Counted from the first letter of the stretch, positions 1 through 10,024 are shown. The stretch: DNA of 64,000 nucleotides from Alphaproteobacteria bacterium (GCA_964291415.2 OZ219920.1:480001-544000); one strand, 5' to 3'. Notes: generated from the letters alone by a model not told the origin. Program-made: numbers and translations.

Positions 1-713
1 AGCTCGTTGCAGTCCACGCACCGCTCGGCGAGGTGGAGTGGCCCGGCACGGTCGAGCATATCCAGAACTCTATTCCCCCGGGCGTGCCGCTCATCATGGC
101 CCCCGTTACGTCCGGCAAGACCCTGCTCCAACAGGTGGAGGAGCGGGGGATGTGGCCGTCGAAGTTTGCCCGATGGTGTACCTCGGGCACGAAGCGCGGA
201 CCCATCGAGCGCGAGCTACGCCGCTACCTCAAGGCCCATCCGCGCTTCGCGGGACGGCTCGTCAACGCCCTCGGGATCCGCCGCGACGAGAGCCGCGACC
301 GGGCGCGGCGCATCCCCTGGCGCCGCAACGATCGCATGAGCGCCGCCGGCCGGGAGGTCTTCGACTGGCTGCCCGTGTTCGACTTCACGACGGAGGACGT
401 GTTCCGCGTCATCGCCGAGGCCGGCCAGACGCCGCACCCCGTCTACTCGTTCGGCCTGACCCGCTGTTCGTGCAGCTTCTGCATCTTCGCGTCGCGCTCG
501 GACCTGCGCCGCGCGGCGGAACTCCGTCCGGACCTTTACGCCAAATACGCGCAGCTCGAACGGCGCATCGCCCACACGCTCTCGCCCACACGAAAGTATC
601 TGCCGGAACTCACCGGCATTCCGGTCGAGAGCGCCGTCCGCACGTTGCCCCGGGCCCGCGGCCCCAAAGGAAGTATTCCGACGCGGCCCCGTGCCGCGTC
701 AGTGTCGCGGTAG
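1..713 (+). CDS. PAPS reductase family protein, 5' end outside the window
   Basis: Motifs RWCTSGTKRGPI, LGIRRDESRDRA, WLPVFDFTTEDVF, HPVYSFGLTRCSCSFC. Confidence 0.82.
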   Translation, partial: LVAVHAPLGEVEWPGTVEHIQNSIPPGVPLIMAPVTSGKTLLQQVEERGMWPSKFARWCTSGTKRGPIERELRRYLKAHPRFAGRLVNALGIRRDESRDRARRIPWRRNDRMSAAGREVFDWLPVFDFTTEDVFRVIAEAGQTPHPVYSFGLTRCSCSFCIFASRSDLRRAAELRPDLYAKYAQLERRIAHTLSPTRKYLPELTGIPVESAVRTLPRARGPKGSIPTRPRAASVSR

Positions 714-989
714 CGGCTCCCCGTAGCGGGCGGTCTCCCAGACCGCGCGACTCGCGGGATGACGGTCCATCCAGTCCTTGTAACCGTCCATCTTGCGCTT
801 CCAGTCGATTTCGCCGCCGATGTATTCGCCGGTCTCGTCGATGACCCCGCACTCGAGCTCCGCCGCGGTCATGTGCCACCACATGTCGACGTCGGCGGCG
901 AGCTTTTCCTCGCTGATGCCGTCATGCCCCAGCCGCTTCGCGGTGATGGCCCGCGCGACCGCCTCGATGTTGTCGCTCCAGCTACCCAT
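699..989 (-). CDS. hypothetical protein, 96 aa, acidic and Trp-rich
   Basis: Natural amino-acid composition, unlike the Arg/Pro-rich shadow ORFs; convergent with the PAPS reductase gene. Confidence 0.7.
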   Translation of the reverse strand: MGSWSDNIEAVARAITAKRLGHDGISEEKLAADVDMWWHMTAAELECGVIDETGEYIGGEIDWKRKMDGYKDWMDRHPASRAVWETARYGEPLPRH

Positions 990-1246
990 GCCCGCAAGTT
1001 AGCGCCGCCCCGGCGGACTCCGCAAGCCGTCCGTCGACTCCCGCCCGGCCGCCCCGTCCGGGGCCACTCCCGCATTCGCCCGCCGCGCCGCCGACGCTCC
1101 CACGCCGGTGGTCGCCCCGCGGCCGTTATCCCGCCGGCTCCAAGCCGTCCAGCCACCCGGAGACGAGGCCAGCCCGGGCAGGGGTGAAGACCGGAGGCCC
1201 GGGGAGGGTCTCCGCGCCGTGCTCCCGCCATTTCCGGAGGCTGCCC

Positions 1247-2278
1247 ATGACCGTTCCCGACACCATCTCCGCGGACTACACGCTGCGCCCGAGCGAGCTC
1301 GCCTCGGTGCTCGCCCTCCTGGTCGAGGCCCGACAGCCCTGCATCGTCTGGGGCCCGCCCGGCGCCGCCAAGTCGCAGATCGCCCAGCAGGTCGCGGCCG
1401 ACGCAAACCGCGAGTACGTCGACGTCCGCGCGCTGCTGCTCGACCCCGTCGATCTGCGCGGCATCCCCTGGCGCGACGGCGCCGACCGCACCCGCTGGGC
1501 GCCGCCTGCCTTCCTGCCCCCGTCCGACGACCCCGGCCGCTGGCTCATCAACCTCGAAGAGCTGCCGTCCGCCGTGCCGATGGTGCAGGCAGCGCTCTAT
1601 CAGTTGGTGCTCGACCGCAAGGTCGGCGAGTACGAGCTGCCCGAGGGCGCCTCGCTCATCGCCTGCGGCAACCGCGAGACCGACCGCGGGCGTGGTGCAT
1701 CGGATGCCAACCCCGCTCGCGTCCCGTTTCGTTCACCTGGATATCCGGGTCGACGCCGAGGACTGGCTGGCCTGGGGCGCAGCCAACGGTATCGCGGCCG
1801 AGGTGCTGTTCTTCATCACCTACGAGTCGGATCTCCTGCACCAGTTCGACCCGCAGTCGAAGGAGCGCGCGTTCCCCTGTCCGAGGACCTGGGAGTTCGC
1901 GAGCAACATCGTCAAGCGCCGCAACGGGCTCGACCCGGAGGCCGAGCGGGCGCTGTTCCGGGGCACGGTCGGCGAGACCGCGGCGGTCGAGTTCGCGGCG
2001 TTCCTCAAGGTCTGGCGCGAGCTGCCGCACCCGAGGGCGATCGTCAACGACCCCGAGAACGCGGGCATCCCGAACAACGCGAGCGCGCTGATGGCGCTCT
2101 GCGGCGCCCTCTACAAGCTCGCCTCCGACGTCAACTTCGACGCCATCGTCACCTACGCCCAGCGGCTCCGCCGCGAGGTCGGCGAATCGCTCGTCGGCGC
2201 GTGCGTGCGCCGCGAGCCCCTCCAGCGCTCCAGCGCTCGCCCGGCTTCATCCGCTGGGCGGCCGCCAAGACCCAGTGA
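1247..2278 (+). CDS. MoxR-like AAA+ ATPase (apparent frameshifts ~1690 and ~2220)
   Basis: GGAGG RBS; Walker A GPPGAAKS, DPVDLRGIP, Walker B-like LINLEEL, ACGN, then PLASRFVHL and FPCPRTWE in the next frame. Confidence 0.87.
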   Translation: MTVPDTISADYTLRPSELASVLALLVEARQPCIVWGPPGAAKSQIAQQVAADANREYVDVRALLLDPVDLRGIPWRDGADRTRWAPPAFLPPSDDPGRWLINLEELPSAVPMVQAALYQLVLDRKVGEYELPEGASLIACGNRETDRGRGASDANPARVPFRSPGYPGRRRGLAGLGRSQRYRGRGAVLHHLRVGSPAPVRPAVEGARVPLSEDLGVREQHRQAPQRARPGGRAGAVPGHGRRDRGGRVRGVPQGLARAAAPEGDRQRPRERGHPEQRERADGALRRPLQARLRRQLRRHRHLRPAAPPRGRRIARRRVRAPRAPPALQRSPGFIRWAAAKTQ

Positions 2279-2289
2279 AGGAGAACGCC

Positions 2290-2424
2290 ATGCACTGGTG
2301 GGTCACCCACTACCCGGCGGGGGATGCCCCGTCGCGCAGGTACGCCGTGCGGGCACGCAGCCACGAGGCGGCGAAGCGCAAGCTCGCCGCCTTTCTCGAC
2401 GTCCCCGTATGGACGCTTCGCTAA
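2290..2424 (+). CDS. small hypothetical protein, 44 aa (MHWWVTHYPAGDAPSRRYAVRARSHEAAKRKLAAFLDVPVWTLR)
   Basis: AAGGAG RBS, ATG 2290, TAA 2422-2424; fills the gap between two operon genes; not in the ORF track. Confidence 0.6.
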   Translation: MHWWVTHYPAGDAPSRRYAVRARSHEAAKRKLAAFLDVPVWTLR

Positions 2425-2441
2425 CCCGAGAGGAGAACCCG

Positions 2442-3341
2442 ATGGACCTCAATCGAGACGCCATGCTGGTCGGCCTGCACATTGCTGCCTGGTCCGGCCG
2501 GCTCTACGACCGCCAGGCGAGCGACCACGTCGCCGTCGCCCACGACGCCTCGGCGAGCGCCGGGCGCTACAACAAGCGCCTGCTGCCCAAGGCCGCCTTC
2601 GCCGCGCTCACCTCGACCATGAGCGAGGCCCGCACGAAGCACTACGAGAACAGCCTGCCCTGGGACGACAAGGGCGCGCGGCTGCTCACCGTCGCCAACT
2701 ACGAGCACTACACCGAGCTCATGAACGCGCTCCGCGAGCGCGTGGTCCGCCAGCGCGCCCGCTTCATCGAGGACTACGACGACTATGTCGACCAGGCCCG
2801 GCTCGACCTCGGCAAGCTCTTCCGCATCGAGGACTATCCGTCCAAGGAGGCGCTTCAGGGCAAGTTCGCCATCCGCTACCGCATCACCCCGGTGCCGGAC
2901 GCGGACCACTTCATCGCGAAGCTCGCCTCCGACGACACCGACCGGGTGAAGCGCGACATCGAGCGCCACATCGAGGAGCAGCTCCACGACGCGGTGGGCG
3001 ACCTCTACCGGCGTCTCGGCGAGGCGGTCGGGCGGGTCTCGGACCGCTTGCAGGAGGACGACAACGGCAAGCCGCTCGTCTTCCGCAACTCGATGATCGA
3101 GAACATCCGCGATCTGGTCGACGTGGTGCCGCGGCTCAACATCTTCGGCGACGACGAGCTCGCGCGCCTCTGCGGGCAGGTGAAGGAGAAGATCGCGGGC
3201 GTCGAGCCGGACGCGCTCAGGCCGTCCAAGACCTTCGACCCGGCGGCGCGCGCCCAGGTCAAGCGCGACGCCGACGATCTCGCGGAGAAGTTCGCGGGCT
3301 ACTTCGCGCCGCCGCCCGAGCCCGTGCGGAAGGCAGCCTGA
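2442..3341 (+). CDS. conserved MGE protein, DUF3150-like partner of MoxR/VWA
   Basis: GAGGAG RBS; MLVGLHIAAWSG...GRYNKRLL...LPWDDKGARLL...DYPS; TGATG overlap with the next gene. Family name is inferred from context. Confidence 0.65.
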   Translation: MDLNRDAMLVGLHIAAWSGRLYDRQASDHVAVAHDASASAGRYNKRLLPKAAFAALTSTMSEARTKHYENSLPWDDKGARLLTVANYEHYTELMNALRERVVRQRARFIEDYDDYVDQARLDLGKLFRIEDYPSKEALQGKFAIRYRITPVPDADHFIAKLASDDTDRVKRDIERHIEEQLHDAVGDLYRRLGEAVGRVSDRLQEDDNGKPLVFRNSMIENIRDLVDVVPRLNIFGDDELARLCGQVKEKIAGVEPDALRPSKTFDPAARAQVKRDADDLAEKFAGYFAPPPEPVRKAA

Positions 3342-4784
3342 TGTCTGCCCGCGTACTCCAGGAATCGGCGCTCCGCGTCAGCGACTGCGTGACGGAGCTG
3401 CTGCGCAAGCAGCCCTTCTTCGGGAGCCTCGTGCTGAGGCTCCCGCTTCGCCCCGATGCGACGCGCGAGACGCTTGGCGACCGACGGGCACGAGATCCGC
3501 TACTCGCCCCGCTGGGTGGCGGAGACCGATTCGCACCTCATCGAGACCGCGATGGCGCGCGTGGTGATGGCCTGCGCCCTGAAGCACCACACCCGCCGGG
3601 GCGACCGGGACCCCGAGCGCTGGCAGATGGCCTCGCAGCTCGTCACCCATGCGCTCGTTCGCGACGCGGGCTTCACGCTCCCGCCCGACGCGGAAGCCTG
3701 GGACGGGCTCACCGTCGAGCAAGCCTACGACCGCCTCCAGGCCGAGGACGGCGACCCCGGCGACGACGGCGACGCGCCCTCCGATACCGCCGGAGCCGGT
3801 GCCTCGCCCGCCGGCCAATCCTCGCCCGACGGCGATGACGAGGACTCCGACGACGACACCGATTCCGCCGCCGCCGACAGCGACGGCCCCGACGATGACG
3901 GCGACAGCGACGGCCGGGACGATGACGGCGACGGCGATTCTGACGGCGAGGCCGGAGGCGACCAGGACGGGGACGGCCAGGACGGCAACGGCGAGGGCGA
4001 CGATGCTACGCCCGATGCGCCGCCCAGCCACGATCCGTCCGGCACCGGCGAGGTCATGGACGCGGACGCCCGCGCGGGCGACGACGGCGAGCCCGCCGAG
4101 GCGCCGGTGGACGTCACCGCGGAGGAGCAGGCGTGGGACGAGGCCATGCACCAGGCGCTCAACATCGCCCGCGCCGAGGGCAAGGTGCCGGGCCGGGTCG
4201 AGGAGACCATCCAGGGCGCCCATGCCAGCACGCTCGACTGGCGCACGCTGCTGCGCCGCTACATGACCGACGCGGCGAGCCACGACTATAGCTGGAGCGT
4301 TCCCAACCGGCGCTTCATCGACGGCGGTCTCTACCTGCCCTCCATCCGTTCCGAGGGCATCGAGACCATCGCCTTCATCATCGACAGCTCCAGCTCCCTT
4401 GCGACCGCGACACTCGCCGAGTTCTGGGCGGAGCTGCGCGAGGTCGCGGCCGAGATCCGCCCCGAGAGCGTCATCGTCCTCCAGGTCGACACGGTCCTTC
4501 AGGACGCGGCGGAGTACGCCGCCGACGACCTTCCCGACGAGATCGCGGCCAAGGGCCGGGGCGGCACCGACTACCGCCCGGGCTTCGCATGGCTCGACGC
4601 GCAGGGCATCGAGCCGAGGGTGTGCCTCTACTTCACCGACATGGAGTGCTCCGACTACCCGGAGACCGAGCCCGCGTTCCCGGTGCTGTTCTGCGACTAC
4701 GGCGACGAGGAAAGCCCCTGGCGGCACCCCGCGCCCTGGGGCGAGCGCATCAGGATCGCCCCCGACCGGCGGGCCTCGCCGTGA
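3341..4784 (+). CDS. DUF2201-type protein: metallopeptidase-like N-domain, acidic linker, VWA-like domain (frameshift ~3475)
   Basis: PFFGSL...ATDG, RRGDRDPERW, Asp/Gly-rich linker, LDWRTLLRRY, YSWSVPNRR, MIDAS-like IDSSSS, GRGGTDY, YFTD. Confidence 0.85.
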
Positions 4785-5086
4785 TGCGCGCGATTCACGG
4801 CGCTCCCGCCGAGGCGCTGCGCCAGGCGCTCAAGGCCCTGGCCGAGCTGTCGTTCTGGATAGCGTGGACCTCGGACCCGGACCTCAAGCCCGAACCCGTG
4901 GTCAGCGCCCGCTGCATGCGGGACGCCGCGGCCGCGCTGCGCAAGGCCGCACGCCTCCTCGACCAAGCCGCCGACCGCGCCGACCCGCCGCCCCACACCG
5001 CCGCGCGTGCGGCCTCACCCGGCTCCACCGGGACCCCGGACGACCCGTCCGGTGCCGGCGCCGGCCGCCCCGCCGCCGGCGCCTGA
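4784..5086 (+). CDS. hypothetical helical protein, ~100 aa
   Basis: TGATG coupling to the VWA gene; MRAIHGAPAEALRQALKALAELSFWIAW. Confidence 0.5.
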   Translation: MRAIHGAPAEALRQALKALAELSFWIAWTSDPDLKPEPVVSARCMRDAAAALRKAARLLDQAADRADPPPHTAARAASPGSTGTPDDPSGAGAGRPAAGA

Positions 5087-5198
5087 GCCCTGCAGCGACG
5101 GCGCCCGGAGTCGGAGCCGGGCCGAGGCCGGGGCGCGCGCGGGGCGGGCCGGAGAGGGCCGCGCTCCGCGCCCCACCCCTCATCCATGGGAGATCCGA

Positions 5199-7741
5199 AT
5201 GAACCACATCGCACCCATGCACGAATCGGCGATCCGGGACATCCCGCTCTGCCGGCTCGCGCTCGCGCCCGAGAACGTGCGCAAGACCCCGCCCGACGAG
5301 GCGGCCGAGACCCAGCTCCGGGCGTCCATCGCCGAGCACGACCTGCTGGAGAACCTCGTCGTGCGGCCCGACGAGCCGGACGCGGACGGCATCGAGCGCT
5401 TCGCCGTCGTCGCCGGCGGGCGCCGCCTCGCGGCGCTCAAGGCGCTGGCCGAGAACGGCACGCTGCACGCCGATCACCCGGTGCCCTGCAAGATCGCCGC
5501 CAACGGCAACGCCAGCGAGCTCTCGCTCGCGGAAAACGTGGTGCGCATCGCGATGCACCCCGCCGACCAGGTGGTCGCGTTTGCCGGACTGGCCGATTCC
5601 GGCGTCACCGTCCCGGCCATCGCCGCGCGCTTCGGCGTCTCCGAGCGCACCGTCGAGCAGCGGCTTCGCCTCGGCAACGCGGCGCCCGAGCTGCTGGACG
5701 CCTACCGCGCCGAGCAGTTCGACCTCGAGACCCTGATGGCGTTCGCCGTCACCACCGACCACGACCGCCAGCGCAGCGGTTTGGGAGCGGGTGTCGGGGC
5801 AGAACTACCGCCCCGCCGCCTGGCAGGTGAAGCGCATGCTGACCGAGGAGCGGGTGCCCGCCGGCGCGGCTACGGCCCGCTTCGTCGGCGTCGCGGACTA
5901 CGAGGCTGCCGGCGGCCGGGTGCTGCGCGACCTCTTCGCCGACGAGCACGAGAACGGCGTGTGGCTGGAGGACCCGAAGCTGCTCGACGAGCTCGCCATG
6001 AAGAAGCTCCAGGCGGCCGCCGACGAGCTCTCGACCCGCTGGAAGTGGGGGGAGGCCATGGTCGAGGTCGACTGGAGCGCCACCGCGCGCTACGGGCGCA
6101 TCCATCCCGAGCCCGGCGAGCCGACCGACGCCGAGAAGGCCGAGATCGAGCGGCTCACCGCCCGCCACGACGAGCTCGTCAACATGGACGAGGACGCGTG
6201 GACGGACGCGCTGGTCGAGGAGGCCGAAGCCATCGAGCCGCGCCTCGACGAGATCGAGGCCGAGGTCGAATCCCGCGCCCGGTTCAAGCGCGAGGATTTC
6301 GCGATCGCCGGGTGCATCGCCACCATCGGGCGCGACGGCTCGCTCCAGGTCATCCAGGGGCTGGTGAAGCCCGAAGACCTGCCGAAGGACACCGGCGCCG
6401 CCGCGAACGGCCACGACGCCGATGCCGGTGACGACACCACGGCCGACACCGGCCGGGTCAACGGTCCCGCCATCACCACGCCGCTGGCATCGCCCGTCGA
6501 CCCGCGCGCCAAGGCCCGCGCCGACGCGGGCGTCGGCATCGGGCTCGCGGACGATCTGCGGGCCATCCGCACCGCGCTCGTCAAGGCGTATCTCGCGGGC
6601 GACTTCGAGGCCGCGTTCGACCTCGTGGTGTTCCAGATGGTGCGCGCGGTGTTCGCCCGCGGCTACACCGCGTCGTGGCACGCGCTCGACATCCAGTTCA
6701 ACGAGACCGCCGACCGGCCGACGTCCCGGACGAACGACGACGACTTCGCGAGCGTGGAGCCCGGGCGAGGCGATGCTCGCAGACTGGTCGCACCTGCCCT
6801 TCGAGTGGATGGAGGGCGACGACGACGCGGCCTGCTTCGCCGCGCTCCGGGCGCTGCCGCGCGCGGACAAGGAGAAGCTCTTCGCGGCCGCGGTGGCGCG
6901 GACGGTGAAGGGCCAGCTCGCCTTCGAGCACGACGCCCGGCCCGAGCTCGAAGCCACCGTGGCCCGGCTCGACATCGACTTCGCGAAGCACGTGCGGCCG
7001 ACCGCCGACAGCTTCTGGTCGCGCATCAGGAAGAGCCGCATCCTCGACATCGCCCGCGAGACCCTGGGCGCGGCCTGGGCATCGACGCGGTCGAAGTACA
7101 AGAAGGCCGACCTCGCGAACTCGATGGAGGAGGCGTTCGCGGCCGGCACGCCGCCCGTGGGCATCGGCGCCACGATGCACGCCGCCGCGCTCGCGTGGGC
7201 CATTCCGGGGTTCGCGGCGTTCGATTCGGGCGGTGCGCCCGAGGAGGATGCCGCCGCGAACGAGGCCACCGGGGACGCTCAGGCGAACCCCGCGGACGCA
7301 TCCGGGCATGCCACGGCAGATACCGCGGCCGCGGAGAAGCCGCGCGCCACGTCGGTGGTCGAGAGCATCGAGTCCCCGGGCGTCGCGGAGCGCCGCGCCG
7401 CCGCCAGTGCGGAGGCCAACTCCCCGAGCGGCAACGGCGAATCCGTCCCCGCCCCGGATTCCCGCGAAGCTGCCGCCGAAGCCGAGACCGGCGCGAACGG
7501 CAACGGCCACGCCGATCCGGTGCAGGACGAGGCCGAGGCCGGCCCGGAGCCGGTGAACGGCGAGGGCTCGGAGGACGGACAGCCCGAACCCTCCGCCGCC
7601 GACGCCATCGACGCGATGAACCGGGTCCCGACCGCCGACGGCGGGCCCCGGGTCATCGTGCAGACGGTCGGCCCGGTGAACGGCGAGGCTCCGGCGGACG
7701 ACCCGCTGGACATCCCCGAGTTCCTGCGCCGCGTCCACTGA
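5199..7741 (+). CDS. long ParB/Spo0J-family protein of plasmid leading regions (frameshifts ~5780 and ~6755) with an FtsZ-like C-terminal peptide
   Basis: IPLCRLALAPENVRK, LLENLVVRP, VVAGGRRLAAL (CTP-binding GxxR), SLAENVVR, HTH IAARFGVSERTVEQRLRL; ends DDPLDIPEFLRRVH. Confidence 0.88.
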
Positions 7742-7758
7742 CCGTTCGCCACCAACCG

Positions 7759-7799
7759 AGTGCCCCGTCCGGCACGCCGCCGGGCGGGGCGCTTTCCTT
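7759..7799 (+). terminator. putative intrinsic terminator after the parB-like gene
   Basis: GCCCCGTCCGGC-loop-GCCGGGCGGGGC stem followed by a weak T-rich tail (TTTCCTT). Confidence 0.45.
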
Positions 7800-7824
7800 C
7801 CCGCATCCATCACGGAGAGCGTCC

Positions 7825-9558
7825 ATGAACGACACCGCGACCATCCGCGCCCGCATCCACGACAGCGCCATCCGCCGCGTCACGAGGACCTTCGCTGCGA
7901 CCCTGACCGAGGCGTTCACCGAGATCCTGCAGAACAGCCGCAGGGCCGGCGCCACGCGGGTCCGCGTCGCCGTCTCCGGCGCCGGCGGCAACCTCGCGGT
8001 GAGCGTCACCGACGACGGCGCCGGCATCGCCGATCCGGGCGTCCTGCTCTCGTTCGGCGAGAACGGCTGGACCGAGGACCTGGTACGCCGCGAGGACGCC
8101 GCCGGCATGGGCATGCTCAGCCTCGCGCGGCGCGGCTGCACGGTTTCCTCCCGCCCGCGCGCCGCGAACGGCGAGCCCGCGCCCGGCTGGCGCGTCGCGC
8201 TTCAGCCCGCGCATTTTCTCGGCGAGGCAGAGGCCGAGGTTCACCCGGACGACACGGCGCCCTGGCCCGGCGGCACCGCCGTCGCGTTCGAGGCATACGA
8301 GACCGAGGACGCCGACGCCATCCGCAAGGCGGTCGAGACCGCCGCCTGGCACTACCCCCTGCCGGTCGTGTTCGAGAACGCCCCGGAGACCCCGCCCGGC
8401 GGCGAGACGCTCGAACGCCGCGCCTTCCTCGACGGCGCGCTCCATGCCGAGCCCTGGAAGGGGCTGGTGTTCGGCGTGTTCAAGGACCGCTGGAACGGCA
8501 TCGGCCTCAACGACCCGGACGTCAACTTCCACGGCCTCACCGTCACCGTCCGCCTGCCGTCCGTCAAGGCGGTTCACGGCCCGCACTGGACGGTCGCGGC
8601 CGACGTCGTGGACTGCCCGGAACTGGAGCTCGTGCTGCCCGCACGCAAGGAGGCGGTGGAAACCCCGTTCCTCGACGACATGCGCGAGGCCGCAAGGCTC
8701 GCGATCTACCGCGCCATGGCCGCCGATCCGGACCCGCGCCCGTCCTTCGAGGACCGCAGGCGCGCGCACGAGGCCGGCATCGACATCGCCCCGCCGCCCG
8801 CCGAGCTCCGGCCCTGGCGCCCCGGCCTCGCCGACGTCGACGACTGGCGCGAGCCGCCGAGGCGCGAGCCCGTCGGCGGGGACGCGCTGCTGATGGCGTG
8901 CGACCCCGAACCGCCCGAGGCGCAGGCGCTGTGGCGCGCCGCCGGGCGCGGCGGCATCGCCGGCCGGATGTTCGAGCCCGACCGCCGGCTGGAGGGCTAT
9001 GCCTGGTACGACGCGATCGAGCGCATCGTGAGCATTCACACCGAGGCGACCGTCGGCCGCCGCGGTCACGCGCTCGACCGCTATCCCGTGCCGGAGCGCA
9101 ACGGCGCGCCCGAGGCGCCGCTTCCGCAACGGCCCGATGCCATCCGCATGAGCCTCACCATCCGAGCCGGCAAGGGCGTGGGACGCGTCCTCGACCTCGA
9201 CGCCGATGTCGCCTTCGCGGGCGAAGCCTGGTCCTGGGTCGGCGACGCCCTGCCGCTGGTCACCGCCGCCAGCGACATCGACCCGTTCCAGCTCATGCTG
9301 CTGCTGCGGGCGGGGTATTTCTCGGCCTCCGACGACTCGGACGCCGATTCCTGGGAGCGCCAGCGCGACGTCTTCGAGCAGGAGGCCCACCACATCGCGA
9401 CGCGGCTGCTGGTCTCCGAGGACGCCGCGAGGCGGAGCTCCATCGCCGACGCTGTGACGCGCGAGGTGTTCTGGCTCATCCCGCACGACCGGGGCGCCGA
9501 CATCTCGGTCCGCGACCGCAAGGTCACCGTGACCCTGGGCGCGGCCGCCGCCGGCTGA
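7825..9558 (+). CDS. GHKL (HATPase_c) ATP-binding protein
   Basis: EILQNSRRAGA (N box), DDGAGI (G1), AAGMGMLSL (G2); GGAG RBS. Confidence 0.82.
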   Translation: MNDTATIRARIHDSAIRRVTRTFAATLTEAFTEILQNSRRAGATRVRVAVSGAGGNLAVSVTDDGAGIADPGVLLSFGENGWTEDLVRREDAAGMGMLSLARRGCTVSSRPRAANGEPAPGWRVALQPAHFLGEAEAEVHPDDTAPWPGGTAVAFEAYETEDADAIRKAVETAAWHYPLPVVFENAPETPPGGETLERRAFLDGALHAEPWKGLVFGVFKDRWNGIGLNDPDVNFHGLTVTVRLPSVKAVHGPHWTVAADVVDCPELELVLPARKEAVETPFLDDMREAARLAIYRAMAADPDPRPSFEDRRRAHEAGIDIAPPPAELRPWRPGLADVDDWREPPRREPVGGDALLMACDPEPPEAQALWRAAGRGGIAGRMFEPDRRLEGYAWYDAIERIVSIHTEATVGRRGHALDRYPVPERNGAPEAPLPQRPDAIRMSLTIRAGKGVGRVLDLDADVAFAGEAWSWVGDALPLVTAASDIDPFQLMLLLRAGYFSASDDSDADSWERQRDVFEQEAHHIATRLLVSEDAARRSSIADAVTREVFWLIPHDRGADISVRDRKVTVTLGAAAAG

Positions 9559-9717
9559 CCCAAGCCCGGATCCGCAGGCGCCGCCATGCCGTCCACTGCC
9601 ACCGCCAGCCCCCGGCCGCCTGGAGCCCGGCCGGCGTCCGTCCGGACGAGCGGGGGGCGGGGCGCGGGAGCGTCCCGTCCCGCCGCGTCCCGTTCCCCTC
9701 TCACCGGAGATCCCGCC

Positions 9718-9930
9718 ATGAAGACCCGCGCCGAACCCCGCCCGGCTCCCGCCGGCATCCCCGCCGCCCCGCCCGACTGCGCCGACGAGGCCAGGAAGCG
9801 CGCCATCGCCCACGCTCTCTGGACCGAGATCCACTGGCTGATGCCGACCGACCGGGCCGTGACCATCACCGTCGACGGCGACGACATCCGCGTCGCGTTC
9901 GGCCCGCCCGCCCGTTCCACGGCCCACTGA
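9718..9930 (+). CDS. 70-aa protein resembling the C-terminal domain of the upstream GHKL protein
   Basis: GGAG RBS; EARKRAIAHALWTEIHWLMPTDRAVTITV versus DAARRSSIADAVTREVFWLIPHDRGADISV. Confidence 0.65.
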   Translation: MKTRAEPRPAPAGIPAAPPDCADEARKRAIAHALWTEIHWLMPTDRAVTITVDGDDIRVAFGPPARSTAH

Positions 9931-10024
9931 CCCGGCGCTGCCGCCTCGACGTGGACGTTCCGCGTTCGCCCGCTCGCCGGACGGCGCGATCCCCTCCGCA
10001 TCCTCCACAAGCAGGAACCCCACC

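Noticed and set aside
1692-3341. Apparent 549-aa fusion of the ATPase C-terminus with the DUF3150-like protein
   Set aside because: Frameshift artefact; separate RBS and starts at 2290 and 2442.
3760-4110. Asp/Gly-rich GAC/GGC low-complexity tract as a separate repeat element
   Set aside because: It is the in-frame acidic linker typical of DUF2201-type proteins.
5791-9558. Apparent 1255-aa ParB-GHKL fusion
   Set aside because: Frameshift artefact; the ParB-like gene ends at 7741, followed by a hairpin and a separate RBS and ATG at 7825.
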